NCBI RefSeq assembly: GCF_947499705.1
Contig: NZ_CANMPJ010000002.1
Coordinates: forward strand, 676,688-740,687
Direction: 5' to 3'
Source: an uncultured Erythrobacter sp.
GTDB lineage: Bacteria; Pseudomonadota; Alphaproteobacteria; Sphingomonadales; Sphingomonadaceae
DNA length: 64,000 bases
Position 1 is the first letter of the stretch; the number at the start of each line of letters is the position of its first letter. A program made the position numbers and the translations under genes. The notes under the pieces are model-generated. The model had not been told where the DNA came from. It did no database searches and worked only from the letters and a program-made list of their open reading frames with translations. Of the stretch, positions 1 through 9,757 are shown in pieces.

Positions 1-138
1 GGAGCCGTGTCGCAGGATTATCCCGGATTCGCGTTACTTTGTCGCGGCTTGTATCGCGATTGCGCATGCGTTCAGCGGGCCGCAAGGCTGGCGGTCATTC
101 GGTTCATCTGGGCGCAAGACATGCGCGCTTTGAGTGGC

Positions 139-549
139 CTAGCGGGGACGGTGCTCGGTGCCTTCGCCAGCGGTAATGAAGATCGCGGTCGCGGTCTCTT
201 CAACATCGGCGATATGCCACACGCCCGGCGGGTTGATCGCATATTCGCCCGCTGCGAGCGCGATCTTTTCGCGCGAACCGTCCGGAAATTCCTGCGTCAG
301 GGCCATCGCGCCATGGGTGCAGATTACGACTTCGGAGCCTTTGGGGTGCATTTCCCAACTGTCCCACGCTTCGGTGAAAGTGTGCTGCGAGACCAGCCTT
401 CCCTCTGGACCGTCGCCGCCATGACGCGCGCCATACTGTTCGTACCATTCCATTCCGGAAAAGGGTGGCTGGGGCACGGCGGTAGCGCCCATGCCATCTT
501 TACTGGGCCCCAGATGCAAGAAGCTATCGCTCAGCTTGCGCGCGCTCAT
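139..549 (-). CDS. Cupin domain protein
   Basis: WEMHPKGSEVV..G and NPPGVWH cupin motifs; ATGA overlap with upstream VOC gene. Confidence 0.8.
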   Translation of the reverse strand: MSARKLSDSFLHLGPSKDGMGATAVPQPPFSGMEWYEQYGARHGGDGPEGRLVSQHTFTEAWDSWEMHPKGSEVVICTHGAMALTQEFPDGSREKIALAAGEYAINPPGVWHIADVEETATAIFITAGEGTEHRPR

Positions 550-929
550 GATGCGGGCTCCGTCATGCAGAATGCGTTCAGCTTGTTCCCGTCGGGATCG
601 CGGAAATAGCCTGCATAGAAACCGTCATCGCCGCGTGCACCGGGCGCGCCTTCGTCGCTGCCGCCATTCGCTAGCGCGGTGTCGTAAACCGCCTGAACTT
701 TCTCAGGGTTGTCGACCTGCAGCGCCACCATGGTGCCATTGCCGACAGTCGCCTCTTGCTCATCGAACGGCTTGGTAGCCGCCACGCCCGGAGCGCCTCC
801 CATTGCGCCCCAAGCGATGAACGTGTCGAATTCCATCATCCGGCCAACGCCGAAATGCTCGGCAATCGCATCGTAGAATTTCGCAGCGCGGGGCAGGTCG
901 TTGGTTCCCAGGGTGACGTAGCCGATCAT
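546..929 (-). CDS. VOC/glyoxalase family protein
   Basis: MIGYVTLGTNDL..A.KFYD start and GYFRDPDGNKL C-terminus; start trimmed to ATG 929 after a GGAGGA RBS. Confidence 0.9.
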   Translation of the reverse strand: MIGYVTLGTNDLPRAAKFYDAIAEHFGVGRMMEFDTFIAWGAMGGAPGVAATKPFDEQEATVGNGTMVALQVDNPEKVQAVYDTALANGGSDEGAPGARGDDGFYAGYFRDPDGNKLNAFCMTEPAS

Positions 930-1024
930 GTTCGTTCCTCCGATTGAGCAGTCGCTTCGCGCGACTCGCGATATGAGAACATTAGTGGAACAAACGCGGT
1001 GCGACAAGCGTCCGATCTAAGTGT

Positions 1025-2842
1025 CTAAAGCGCCTCGGTTTCGCGCTCCAGCCATGCCAGATCGTCGCCAGAAAGCTGCGGAGCGATCAGCGCGCGGACC
1101 TTTGCATGATATTCATCGACCCACGCGATTTCGCTCTCGGTCAGCAGCGTCTTGTCGATCAACTTGCGGTCGAGCGGCACGAAGGTGAGTGTTTCAAAGC
1201 CGAGATATCGGCCCTCCGCAGCATCAATCTGGCGTTCTTCCGTCAGCACAAGGTTCTCGATCCGAATGCCGAATGCGTCGGGTTTGTAATAGCCAGGCTC
1301 GTTCGAGAGGATCATCCCGGCGAACAATTCCTGACTGGTCCCGGCCTGCCCACCCGAAGGCTTGGCAATGCGCTGAGGGCCTTCATGCACGCCGAGAAAG
1401 CTGCCAACCCCGTGGCCGGTGCCGTGGGCGTAGTCGACACCTGCCTCCCAGAGATATTGCCGCGCCAGTATGTCGAGCTGACCGCCGGTTGTGCCTTGCG
1501 GGAAGACAGCGAGCGCGATCTGGATATGTCCCTTGAGTACACGCGTATTGCGGTCGATCATCTCAGCCGACGGTCGAGCTGAACCATCCGCTGAATTGAC
1601 CCAGACTGTGCGGGTGATGTCGGTTGTCCCAGCCGGATATTGGCCGCCCGAATCGACCAGATAGATCGAGCCCGGAGGGATCGGGATATTGCTGTCCTCG
1701 TCCACCTTGTAATGCGGCAGCGCGGCGTGTCCGGCAGCAGCGGAGATCGTATCGAACGATGTGTCGCGCAGATCGCCATGCGCGCGGCGGAATCCTTCGA
1801 GTTTGGCGGCTGCGGTCAGCTCATCGACCTCGCCCGATGGGGCGGTTTCCTCCAACCAGCGCAGAAAACGAGAAACAGCTGCGCCGTCCTGCGCCTGCGC
1901 GTCGCGGTGACCTTGCTGTTCACGCGCGTTCTTGACCGCTTTGGGGAGGATCGTCGGGTCCTGCTTGAAGGTGAAGTTGGCACCGCCCGCTCGCAGCGCT
2001 TGCGCAATCCCGACCACGCCGAAATCCGGATCGACACTCACGCTTTTGCCGGAGAACTCGCCAAGAGCGGTCTCGAACTGGTCGCGGTCGCGGATCACCA
2101 CGGCGTTGCCCAGATGCTGTGTCAGCTCAGGCGTGACCTTCTCGGGCGCGATGAACAATTCCGCGCGGCCATCCTTGTGCGCGATGACATAGGACAGTGC
2201 GACCGGCGTATGCGCCACGTCTCCGCCGCGAATATTGAGCAACCACGCGATCGAATCGAGCGCCGGGATCACCACCGCATCGTGGCCCTCCTGCGTCAGC
2301 CAATCGGCAATTGCGGCGCGCTTGTCGGCGTATGAACGACCGGCGAGGTCTTCCTCGTGGACAATGGCCTGCGCGTCCGACGGCGCAGGCTGGTCAGCCC
2401 AAACCGTGTCGATCGGGTTGCTGTCTGCGGGGACCATCGTGACGCCTGCCGGTTCGACCTGCTTTTCCAGTGAGGCGACCCAATTCCAGGTGTGTAGCCA
2501 AGGATCGTAGGCGATCCGCGCTCCGTTCTCGCAAACCTCTTTCAGCCACCCGCCAAGACTGTCGCCGGGGATACTGCGATAGTCGAACAGGTTGCCATCG
2601 ACCTGATCGCGCACCTGCACGGTGTAGCGTCCATCGACAAAGATCGCCGCGTGATCGAGGGTCACTGCAGCGAACCCAGCCGACCCTCCAAACCCGGTCA
2701 GCCACGCGAGTCGCTCAGCATATTCGCCGACATATTCGCTCATATGCTCATCCGAGATCGGGATGATGAATCCTTGCAGATCGCGCCGTTTGAGCTCTTC
2801 GCGCAGAGCCTGAAGGCGGGCTTCGTGGGTAAGCATCAGCAT
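1025..2842 (-). CDS. Xaa-Pro aminopeptidase (aminopeptidase P, M24B)
   Basis: DSGGQY..GTTDITRT, HGTGHGVG...VHEGP, NEPGYY, GIRIEN metal-binding motifs; start trimmed to MLMLTHE. Confidence 0.95.
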   Translation of the reverse strand: MLMLTHEARLQALREELKRRDLQGFIIPISDEHMSEYVGEYAERLAWLTGFGGSAGFAAVTLDHAAIFVDGRYTVQVRDQVDGNLFDYRSIPGDSLGGWLKEVCENGARIAYDPWLHTWNWVASLEKQVEPAGVTMVPADSNPIDTVWADQPAPSDAQAIVHEEDLAGRSYADKRAAIADWLTQEGHDAVVIPALDSIAWLLNIRGGDVAHTPVALSYVIAHKDGRAELFIAPEKVTPELTQHLGNAVVIRDRDQFETALGEFSGKSVSVDPDFGVVGIAQALRAGGANFTFKQDPTILPKAVKNAREQQGHRDAQAQDGAAVSRFLRWLEETAPSGEVDELTAAAKLEGFRRAHGDLRDTSFDTISAAAGHAALPHYKVDEDSNIPIPPGSIYLVDSGGQYPAGTTDITRTVWVNSADGSARPSAEMIDRNTRVLKGHIQIALAVFPQGTTGGQLDILARQYLWEAGVDYAHGTGHGVGSFLGVHEGPQRIAKPSGGQAGTSQELFAGMILSNEPGYYKPDAFGIRIENLVLTEERQIDAAEGRYLGFETLTFVPLDRKLIDKTLLTESEIAWVDEYHAKVRALIAPQLSGDDLAWLERETEAL

Positions 2843-2967
2843 CTGGTCGATTCCTGTCTGGCCGCGCGGCCTTGTGCAGCGCAGGCTTGTTTCTCGATAG
2901 GTCGCAACATAGTTCGGATTGAGGCCGCTTTCTACCCAAGCTCGCTGCCCAACAGGACGCCAAGCCC

Positions 2968-5163
2968 ATGACAAGTTCCCGGATCGCCCAGCTGACATTC
3001 GCCGCTTCGCTCGCAATGATCCCGTGGAGCGCGGCGCAGGCCGACAATCATAAGGATAATACAAGCGTGACCACACCTGCAGATGCCGTACCCAGCGCCC
3101 CGCCCATCGCGGAAAAGCGCGAGCACAGCTACACCCATCACGGCATTACCATCTCCGACCCGTATGATTGGCTGTATGACAAGTCCTATCCGACCGTCGA
3201 TGACGAGGATGTGCTCGATTACGTGAAGGCAGAGAATGCGTGGTTCGAAGCGCAGATGGGCCCGCAAAAAGCGATGACCGAGGCGCTGTTCACCGAGATG
3301 CGCGCGCGGATCAAGGAAGACGAAAGCACCGTGCCTCAGCGCCGGGGCGAATTCCTGTATTGGGCAGAATTCGAAGAAGGTTCGCAGTACCGCAAGCACT
3401 ACCGCAAGCCGGTCGGCGCGCCCGAAAGTGCTGAGCCGCAGTTGATGCTGGATGAGAACGAGCTGGCCGAAGGTCTCGAATATTTCCGCCTCGGCGCAGC
3501 GTCGGTCAGCAAGAACGGGCGCTATCTCGCCTATTCGACCGACACCAATGGGTCGGAGCGCTACACTGCGCGGATCAAGGATCTGGAAACCGGCGAATTG
3601 CTGCCCGACGAGATTCCGAACCTGCGCAGCAGCCTGACCTGGGTCGCGAACGACACGGCGCTGGTCTACGGCCCGTCGAGCGAAAACTGGCGCACGCTTG
3701 AGGCCAAGCTGCACGTCATCGGCACGCCGGTTGAAGACGATGTGGTCCTCTACAAAGAGGACGACGAGAGCTTTGGTGTCGGAGCGGGTCTGTCTGCGCA
3801 GGAAGACTGGTTGATCATCTCGACGGGTGACAATGAAACCAGCGAAGTGCGGTTTGTCTCAGCGGCCGATCCAACCGGTGAGCAAGTGCTGGTGAAGCCG
3901 CGCCAAAAGGGCGTAGAATACGGCGTCGATATTCGTGATGGCGAACTGTTCGTCTGGACCAATGACGAACATATCAACTTCCGCCTCGCCAAGGCGCCGG
4001 TTGAAAGCCCCGGCGATTGGCAAACGGTGATTGCCGGGTCGAACGAATTTTACCTGACTGACTTCGAGCTGTTCAAGGACTTCTTCGTCACCGAAGGGCG
4101 ACTGAACGGCCTAGATCAAATTCAACTGCGCCAGTACGATGCGCCGCTCGACATCACGCCGATTACGTTTCCCGAAGCAAGCTACAGCGCCGGGCTTTCA
4201 AACAATCCGGAATACAATCAGACCAGGCTGCGGCTGGGTTATGAAAGCATGGTCACGCCGGATTCGGTGTATGACTATGACGTCGCCAGCGCCTCGCTCG
4301 AACTGCTGAAGCAGCAGGAAATTCCGAGCGGCTATGACGCCTCGCTCTATACAACCGAGCGGCTGGAGATCGAAGCGCGCGACGGGACGATGGTTCCGGT
4401 CAGTGTGGTGATGCGCAAGGATCGTGAAGCAGGCGGACCGCTGCACCTCTACGCCTATGGCGCTTATGGTTATGCGGTGCCGCCGGGTTTCTCGACCACG
4501 CGGCTGAGCCTGGTGGATCGCGGCTTTGCCTATGCCATCGCGCATATTCGCGGCGGCGACGATCTGGGGCGGCGCTGGTATCTGCAAGGCAAGCTCAACG
4601 AGCGGACCAACACCTTCAACGATTTCGTCGATGTCGGGCGCGGGTTGATCGCAAAGGGCTACACCGCCGAAGGCAAAGTCACCGCGAGCGGTGGCTCAGC
4701 TGGTGGTGAGCTGATGGGCGCCATCGTCAACCAAGACCCGTCGCAATACGGCGCGATTGTTGCGCATGTCCCATTTGTCGATGTGCTCAACACGATGCTC
4801 AATGCCGAGCTGCCACTGACGCCCGGCGAATGGCAGGAATGGGGCAACCCGATCGAGGACAAACAGGCGTTTGCCTACATCCTCAGCTACTCACCCTATG
4901 ATCAAGTCAGGGCGCAGGACTATCCGCCGATGCTGGTCACCGCAGGGCTGAACGATCCGCGCGTGACCTATTGGGAACCTGCGAAGTGGGTCGCCAAATT
5001 GCGCGACGTGAAGACCGACGACAATGTGCTGCTGATGAAGACCAATATGGGCGCAGGCCATGGCGGGAAGTCGGGCCGCTGGAACTCGCTCTATGAGACA
5101 GCGGAGGAGTACAGCTTCATTCTCTGGCAGATGGGGATGACTGAAGAACAGGACGGCGAGTGA
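2968..5163 (+). CDS. ptrB: S9 family peptidase (oligopeptidase B), signal peptide
   Basis: GGSAGG nucleophile motif, DPRV.YWEP, GHGG, N-terminal DPY.WL. Confidence 0.9.
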   Translation: MTSSRIAQLTFAASLAMIPWSAAQADNHKDNTSVTTPADAVPSAPPIAEKREHSYTHHGITISDPYDWLYDKSYPTVDDEDVLDYVKAENAWFEAQMGPQKAMTEALFTEMRARIKEDESTVPQRRGEFLYWAEFEEGSQYRKHYRKPVGAPESAEPQLMLDENELAEGLEYFRLGAASVSKNGRYLAYSTDTNGSERYTARIKDLETGELLPDEIPNLRSSLTWVANDTALVYGPSSENWRTLEAKLHVIGTPVEDDVVLYKEDDESFGVGAGLSAQEDWLIISTGDNETSEVRFVSAADPTGEQVLVKPRQKGVEYGVDIRDGELFVWTNDEHINFRLAKAPVESPGDWQTVIAGSNEFYLTDFELFKDFFVTEGRLNGLDQIQLRQYDAPLDITPITFPEASYSAGLSNNPEYNQTRLRLGYESMVTPDSVYDYDVASASLELLKQQEIPSGYDASLYTTERLEIEARDGTMVPVSVVMRKDREAGGPLHLYAYGAYGYAVPPGFSTTRLSLVDRGFAYAIAHIRGGDDLGRRWYLQGKLNERTNTFNDFVDVGRGLIAKGYTAEGKVTASGGSAGGELMGAIVNQDPSQYGAIVAHVPFVDVLNTMLNAELPLTPGEWQEWGNPIEDKQAFAYILSYSPYDQVRAQDYPPMLVTAGLNDPRVTYWEPAKWVAKLRDVKTDDNVLLMKTNMGAGHGGKSGRWNSLYETAEEYSFILWQMGMTEEQDGE

Positions 5164-5169
5164 GATTAT

Positions 5170-5265
5170 CCCCCTCCCGCTTGCGGGAGGGGTTAGGGGT
5201 GGGCATGAGGCAATGCATGCGCACGCCAACCCACCCCCCGGCCCCCTCCCGCAAGCGGACGGGGG
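5170..5265. repeat. Inverted pair of REP-like palindromic elements
   Basis: ccccctcccgcttgcgggaggggttaggggtggg (5170-5203) and an inverted imperfect copy cccaccccccggccccctcccgcaagcggacggggg (5230-5265); each is internally palindromic. Confidence 0.8.
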
Positions 5266-5269
5266 AGCA

Positions 5270-5668
5270 ATGACCACTCGCTTCACCCGAACCTTCACCG
5301 CCGCGCCGGAGCACATTGACGAGCTTGGCCACGTCAACAATTCGGTCTGGGTGCAGTGGATTCAAGACCTCGCCACCCAGCACTGGGCGGCTGTTGCGGA
5401 CCCGGATCATCATGCGGCGTTCTTCTGGGTCGTGATCCGGCACGAGATCGATTATCGCGGCAATATTGCCGAGGGCGAGAGTGCGACCGGCGCAACCTGG
5501 ATTCCCGATCCGCCCAAAGGCGCAAAATCGCTGCGCTGTGTCGAGTTTACCGATGAGGCGGGCAAGGTGCTGGTCTCGGCACGCACAACATGGGCGATGC
5601 TTGACAAGGCCAGCGGGCGGCTTGCTCGCGTAAGGCCAGAGGTGATCGCGCCGTTTCTTGAAAGCTAG
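5270..5668 (+). CDS. Acyl-CoA thioesterase (4HBT/YbgC-like hot-dog fold)
   Basis: HIDELGHVNN..WVQW, HEIDY motif; start MTTRF after GGAG. Confidence 0.9.
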   Translation: MTTRFTRTFTAAPEHIDELGHVNNSVWVQWIQDLATQHWAAVADPDHHAAFFWVVIRHEIDYRGNIAEGESATGATWIPDPPKGAKSLRCVEFTDEAGKVLVSARTTWAMLDKASGRLARVRPEVIAPFLES

Positions 5669-7383
5669 GCGGCAGCCGCTTCTTCGGGGCGCTGGCTCAA
5701 TGGCGGAGCGCACACGCCCATCTGCTCGTGCAGCATCCGATTCCGTCCCGAGGCCTTGGCTTCATAGAGCAGCGCATCGGCACGGGCGTAAACCTCGTCG
5801 AAGGCGACCTTTGCATCCGCTCCGCCTGGCATTTCGATCACACCCATGCTCGCCGTCACAGGGTGATCGAGCCCCTCGACGTCGCTCCCAACACGCATGG
5901 GTATCGATTGTCTCAGCGCCTCGGCACGCTGCACCGATTGCGCACCGCGCAGCATGATGACGAATTCTTCCCCGCCCAAGCGCATCGCCATCGTGTCGCG
6001 ATCCGAGCCTCGGATCGCTTCGGCGCAGGCGGTCAAGACCGTATCGCCGACCAGATGACCATAGCGGTCGTTGATGTCCTTGAAGTGGTCGAGATCAATC
6101 AGCGCGAAAGTATCGAAGCCTTCTTCGCGCAGTTCTCCGAAGCGGGTGTCGAGGATGCGGCGGTTGTGCAGCCCAGTGAGCGCGTCATGTTCGGCCATGT
6201 CGCCGAGCTCGTCCATAACAGCATGGGCGTGATCGCGTTCGCGCTTCAGCGCGAGGAAACGGCTGGCGACCCCCAGCCCCGTGGCGCATACCTCGATCAG
6301 GGTGGCCGCAATCAGCAGTTCGTTGGCGTCAATTGTGGGCACGCCGGGCAGGGTAAAGCTGACGACCCGGATCATCGCGACAAACAGCAGTGGGCTCAGG
6401 CCAATCGCAAGGAAACGCGCGGTGCGGCTGCCATTGCGCAAAGCTGTGTAGAGCATGGCCACCACGGCAATACCGAGTGGCGCACCGGATGTGAAATAGA
6501 ACACCGACGGCCAACGCCCCAGTCCTTCTATCCCTGCAAGGTGGACGCAGGATATCGCGACAAATGCCAGCGTCAGCCACACTATGGTCGCTCGGAGCCA
6601 GCTTGGCACACGATCAGGTTCTATGAATCGCAATGAGAACATCACCGCGGCAAAAACCATCAGGCTGAAGCTGCCGATGGTCACTGCCCTCACCATTGGC
6701 AGGTTGATCTGAACGAATGCGACATAAAGGCCGTAGCTGCACACCAACTGCACGGCGAGAGTGATGACCAGTAGGGCGTGCCATAGCATGAAGGTTTCGC
6801 GCAGAATTCGGTAGCCCACCAGATCAAACAGGATCGGCATCAACATCATGCCCGTGAACAGTGCGACGACAATCAACAGCCCGATATCGGCGCGGCTCGA
6901 TCCGGGAAGCTGATCGGCTAGGTGCAGATAGTCGAAAGTTGTCGCTTGTGTGGCCCCTTCGATCACGACGTAGACAGCGCTCGCCTGTCCTTCGTGATCC
7001 GGCAGCGGGACAGCAAACTGGCGGTCGAAGAAAGTTGCTTCAATGTTGTCGAAATCGGTGTGCGACCAGCTGACCCCGGAAGCGGTTTCAACCCCGATGC
7101 TCATGCTGGAAAATTTCGCTGCGCGGCTTATGGCGAAGCGCGGTTCATTCTCCGGCGCGATGTCCAATCGGACGACGTTACGCCAGGCGTCGAGATTGAT
7201 TGCAGTGCGATCACACTTCCACTCAATTTGACCTTCCGGGATTCTTTCCAGACCGATATCGGGCGGAACCGAGGCGAAGCAGGGCGTTTCTGCCCGCGCA
7301 GAGGCAATCGGAAACGCCATCGCGGCGGCAAAAAGCAACGCAATCACGGGCGCAAAAAGCTTCGAGAGGGTGGGGATTCCCAT
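5665..7383 (-). CDS. Membrane diguanylate cyclase (periplasmic domain + 7TM + GGDEF)
   Basis: DALTGLHNRR, DLDHFKDINDRYGH..GD, RLGGEEF; about 7 hydrophobic helices; start uncertain. Confidence 0.9.
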   Translation of the reverse strand: MGIPTLSKLFAPVIALLFAAAMAFPIASARAETPCFASVPPDIGLERIPEGQIEWKCDRTAINLDAWRNVVRLDIAPENEPRFAISRAAKFSSMSIGVETASGVSWSHTDFDNIEATFFDRQFAVPLPDHEGQASAVYVVIEGATQATTFDYLHLADQLPGSSRADIGLLIVVALFTGMMLMPILFDLVGYRILRETFMLWHALLVITLAVQLVCSYGLYVAFVQINLPMVRAVTIGSFSLMVFAAVMFSLRFIEPDRVPSWLRATIVWLTLAFVAISCVHLAGIEGLGRWPSVFYFTSGAPLGIAVVAMLYTALRNGSRTARFLAIGLSPLLFVAMIRVVSFTLPGVPTIDANELLIAATLIEVCATGLGVASRFLALKRERDHAHAVMDELGDMAEHDALTGLHNRRILDTRFGELREEGFDTFALIDLDHFKDINDRYGHLVGDTVLTACAEAIRGSDRDTMAMRLGGEEFVIMLRGAQSVQRAEALRQSIPMRVGSDVEGLDHPVTASMGVIEMPGGADAKVAFDEVYARADALLYEAKASGRNRMLHEQMGVCAPPLSQRPEEAAAA

Positions 7384-7457
7384 CCCAAGCGCTTTAGCCT
7401 TGAGGGGTTGCAATGCTCTTAACCATGAGCTCCCTTGATCGGTGCTGGGCAGAGCGC

Positions 7458-7486
7458 GCGTCACGTCCGTGTCATAGTTGGGTCTT
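7458..7486 (+). promoter_or_regulatory. Putative PHO box (PhoB site) upstream of pstS
   Basis: Three 7-mers at 11-bp period, GCGTCAC-N4-GTGTCAT-N4-GGGTCTT, resembling CTGTCAT repeats. Confidence 0.65.
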
Positions 7487-7521
7487 AGCCTGCGGAATGC
7501 ATTTTGACTTTGGGGACAGAC

Positions 7522-8622
7522 ATGAGTGAGCGCCGCGCACGTATCGGGATGATTGTCGGCATGCTTGGTGCCGCGTCATTAACGCTTGTCGGCTGCGACA
7601 GCGGCGGCGGATCGCGCGAATCCATTCGCGCAGTTGGCTCCTCGACGGTCTATCCCTTCGCCAAACAAACCGCAGAAAGCTTCGCCCGCTCCAATCCCGA
7701 ATACAATTCCCCGCTGATCGAGCAGACCGGCACGGGCGGCGGGATGCAGCTTTTCTGCTCCGGCGTGGGTGCGGATACGCCCGACATGGCCAACGCGTCG
7801 CGCCGGATGAAGCTCAGCGAATTCGACAAATGTCAGGCCAATAACGTCAAAGACATCATCGAACTCCAAGTCGGGCTCGACGGGATCGCCTTCGCCTCAG
7901 CAATTGGCGGAATTCAGCTGAATCTCTCGCCCAAGACTGTTTACGAAGCGCTGGCTGCGCGCCCTTATGGCGAAGAGCAGACTGCGCAGACCTGGGCAGA
8001 TGTCGATCCGTCACTGCCCGATGAACCCATTCTAGTGTACGGCCCGCCGAGCACATCGGGCACGCGCGACGCGCTGAAAGAACTCGTGCTGGAGGCTGGC
8101 TGCGACACCAATCCGGCGATGAAAGCGCTCAAGGAAAGCGACGAGGATGAGCACCAGAAGATTTGCACCGAAGTGCGATCCGATGGCGCCTATTCCGATC
8201 AGGGCGAACAGGACAATCTCATCGTTCAGAAGATCGAAGCCAATCCGCGCACCATCGGGGTTTTTGGTTTCTCGTATCTCGATGAAAATTCCGACAAGGT
8301 GCAAGGCCTGCCGATGAACGGTGTCGATCCGACTTACGACAACATTGCGAGCTTCGATTATCCGGGCGCTCGCCCGCTCTATGTCTATGTGAAGAAAGCG
8401 CATATGCGCGCCATCCCCGGCCTTGATCTCTATCTGCAGGAATGGGTCAAGAACTGGACCAAAGATGGGCCGCTGGCCAAGATTGGTCTGGTCGCGTCAC
8501 CGTCCGAGGAAATGAGCCTGAACGAGCGGCGCGTGAATGAATTGCTGACGATGACCCGCGAAGACCTGACAGGTGAAGCGCCAGCGGAAGCACCCGCAGA
8601 AGCCGCGCTGCAAGAGAACTGA
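7522..8622 (+). CDS. pstS: Phosphate ABC transporter substrate-binding lipoprotein (PstS-like), copy 1
   Basis: LVGC lipobox, VGSSTVYPF, TGTGGG, NASRRMK, STSGTRD, YPGARPLYVYVKK. Confidence 0.92.
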   Translation: MSERRARIGMIVGMLGAASLTLVGCDSGGGSRESIRAVGSSTVYPFAKQTAESFARSNPEYNSPLIEQTGTGGGMQLFCSGVGADTPDMANASRRMKLSEFDKCQANNVKDIIELQVGLDGIAFASAIGGIQLNLSPKTVYEALAARPYGEEQTAQTWADVDPSLPDEPILVYGPPSTSGTRDALKELVLEAGCDTNPAMKALKESDEDEHQKICTEVRSDGAYSDQGEQDNLIVQKIEANPRTIGVFGFSYLDENSDKVQGLPMNGVDPTYDNIASFDYPGARPLYVYVKKAHMRAIPGLDLYLQEWVKNWTKDGPLAKIGLVASPSEEMSLNERRVNELLTMTREDLTGEAPAEAPAEAALQEN

Positions 8623-8662
8623 CCGAAACACTCGCCACCCCCCGATGACACTGGAGGACCCG

Positions 8663-9733
8663 ATGAACACGAAAACCCCCCGATCGAACCTTCTTAGAGA
8701 TTCGCGCCTCCTTTTGGTCGGCGCATCACTGGCGATACTGGCAGCCTGCGGTGAAACCGAGGAAGACGCCGGCGTCGACGCCATTTCGATAGTCGGATCA
8801 TCGACGGTTTTCCCCTTTGCCGAGAAGGTTGCGGCGGACTTCGTCGCGGCGAATGAAGGCATGGCGGCCCCTTCCATCGAATCCACCGGTTCGACCGAGG
8901 GGATCGAGACATTCTGCGCGGGCGAAGGCCCTGACACGCCCGACATCGTCAACGCTTCACGCCGGATGACCGTCACCGAATTCAACGGTTGCAGCAATAA
9001 CGGCGTCTCCGAGATCATCGAGATCAAGGTTGGACGTGACGGGATCGCTTTTGCCTCGTCGATCGATGACGGGATCGAGATCGAGTTGTCGCCGAGCATC
9101 ATTTACCGCGCGCTTGCGGCGAACCCGTTCGGCGAAGAACAAACCGCCGCCAATTGGTCGGACGTCGATGGCTCGCTGCCGAACGAGCCGATCACCGTCT
9201 ACGGACCTCCGGCGACATCGGGCACGCGTGACGCGCTGCTCGACATCATTCTGCAGCCCGCCTGCACAACCAACGGCGCGATGGCGGCGCTGGAGGAAAG
9301 CGACCCGACTGCATTCGAACAAAACTGCCACGCCCTGCGCGGAGACAGCGCGTATATCGATCAAGGCGAACAGGACGATCTGATCGTCCGTAAGATCGCC
9401 AACAATCCGCGCGCAATTGGCATGTTCGGCTATTCGTATCTCGAAGAAAATCCCGACAGCGTGAAGGCGCTACCCGTCGGCGGCGTTCTGCCAACAGCAG
9501 AGACCATCGCCGATGAAAGCTATCCCGCATCGCGCCCGCTCTACATCTATGTGAAAAAGGCGCATATCGGTGTGACGCCGGGCATTCAGGAATACCTGAA
9601 CCAATGGTCGCAAAGCTGGAGCGCGGGCGGTCCGCTGACCGCGATTGGCCTGGTCCCGGCTTCCGATGAGGTGCAAGCCGCCAGCGCCGAGACAGTCAGC
9701 AATTTGACGGTGATGAACAGCGAAGGGTTCTAG
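8663..9733 (+). CDS. pstS: PstS-like substrate-binding lipoprotein, copy 2
   Basis: LAAC lipobox, VGSSTVFPF, NASRRM, ATSGTRD, YPASRPLYIYVKK; GGAGG RBS before ATG 8663. Confidence 0.88.
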   Translation: MNTKTPRSNLLRDSRLLLVGASLAILAACGETEEDAGVDAISIVGSSTVFPFAEKVAADFVAANEGMAAPSIESTGSTEGIETFCAGEGPDTPDIVNASRRMTVTEFNGCSNNGVSEIIEIKVGRDGIAFASSIDDGIEIELSPSIIYRALAANPFGEEQTAANWSDVDGSLPNEPITVYGPPATSGTRDALLDIILQPACTTNGAMAALEESDPTAFEQNCHALRGDSAYIDQGEQDDLIVRKIANNPRAIGMFGYSYLEENPDSVKALPVGGVLPTAETIADESYPASRPLYIYVKKAHIGVTPGIQEYLNQWSQSWSAGGPLTAIGLVPASDEVQAASAETVSNLTVMNSEGF

Positions 9734-9757
9734 TCGCACGGTGGCTCTGAGCGTGGC

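Noticed and set aside
7-609. 200-aa plus-strand ORF at the window start
   Set aside because: Antisense to the cupin and VOC genes, which have clear motifs.
986-1012. GGAAC-N17-CGTC motif on the plus strand
   Set aside because: Points into the 3' end of an opposite-strand gene; no downstream plus-strand gene to drive.
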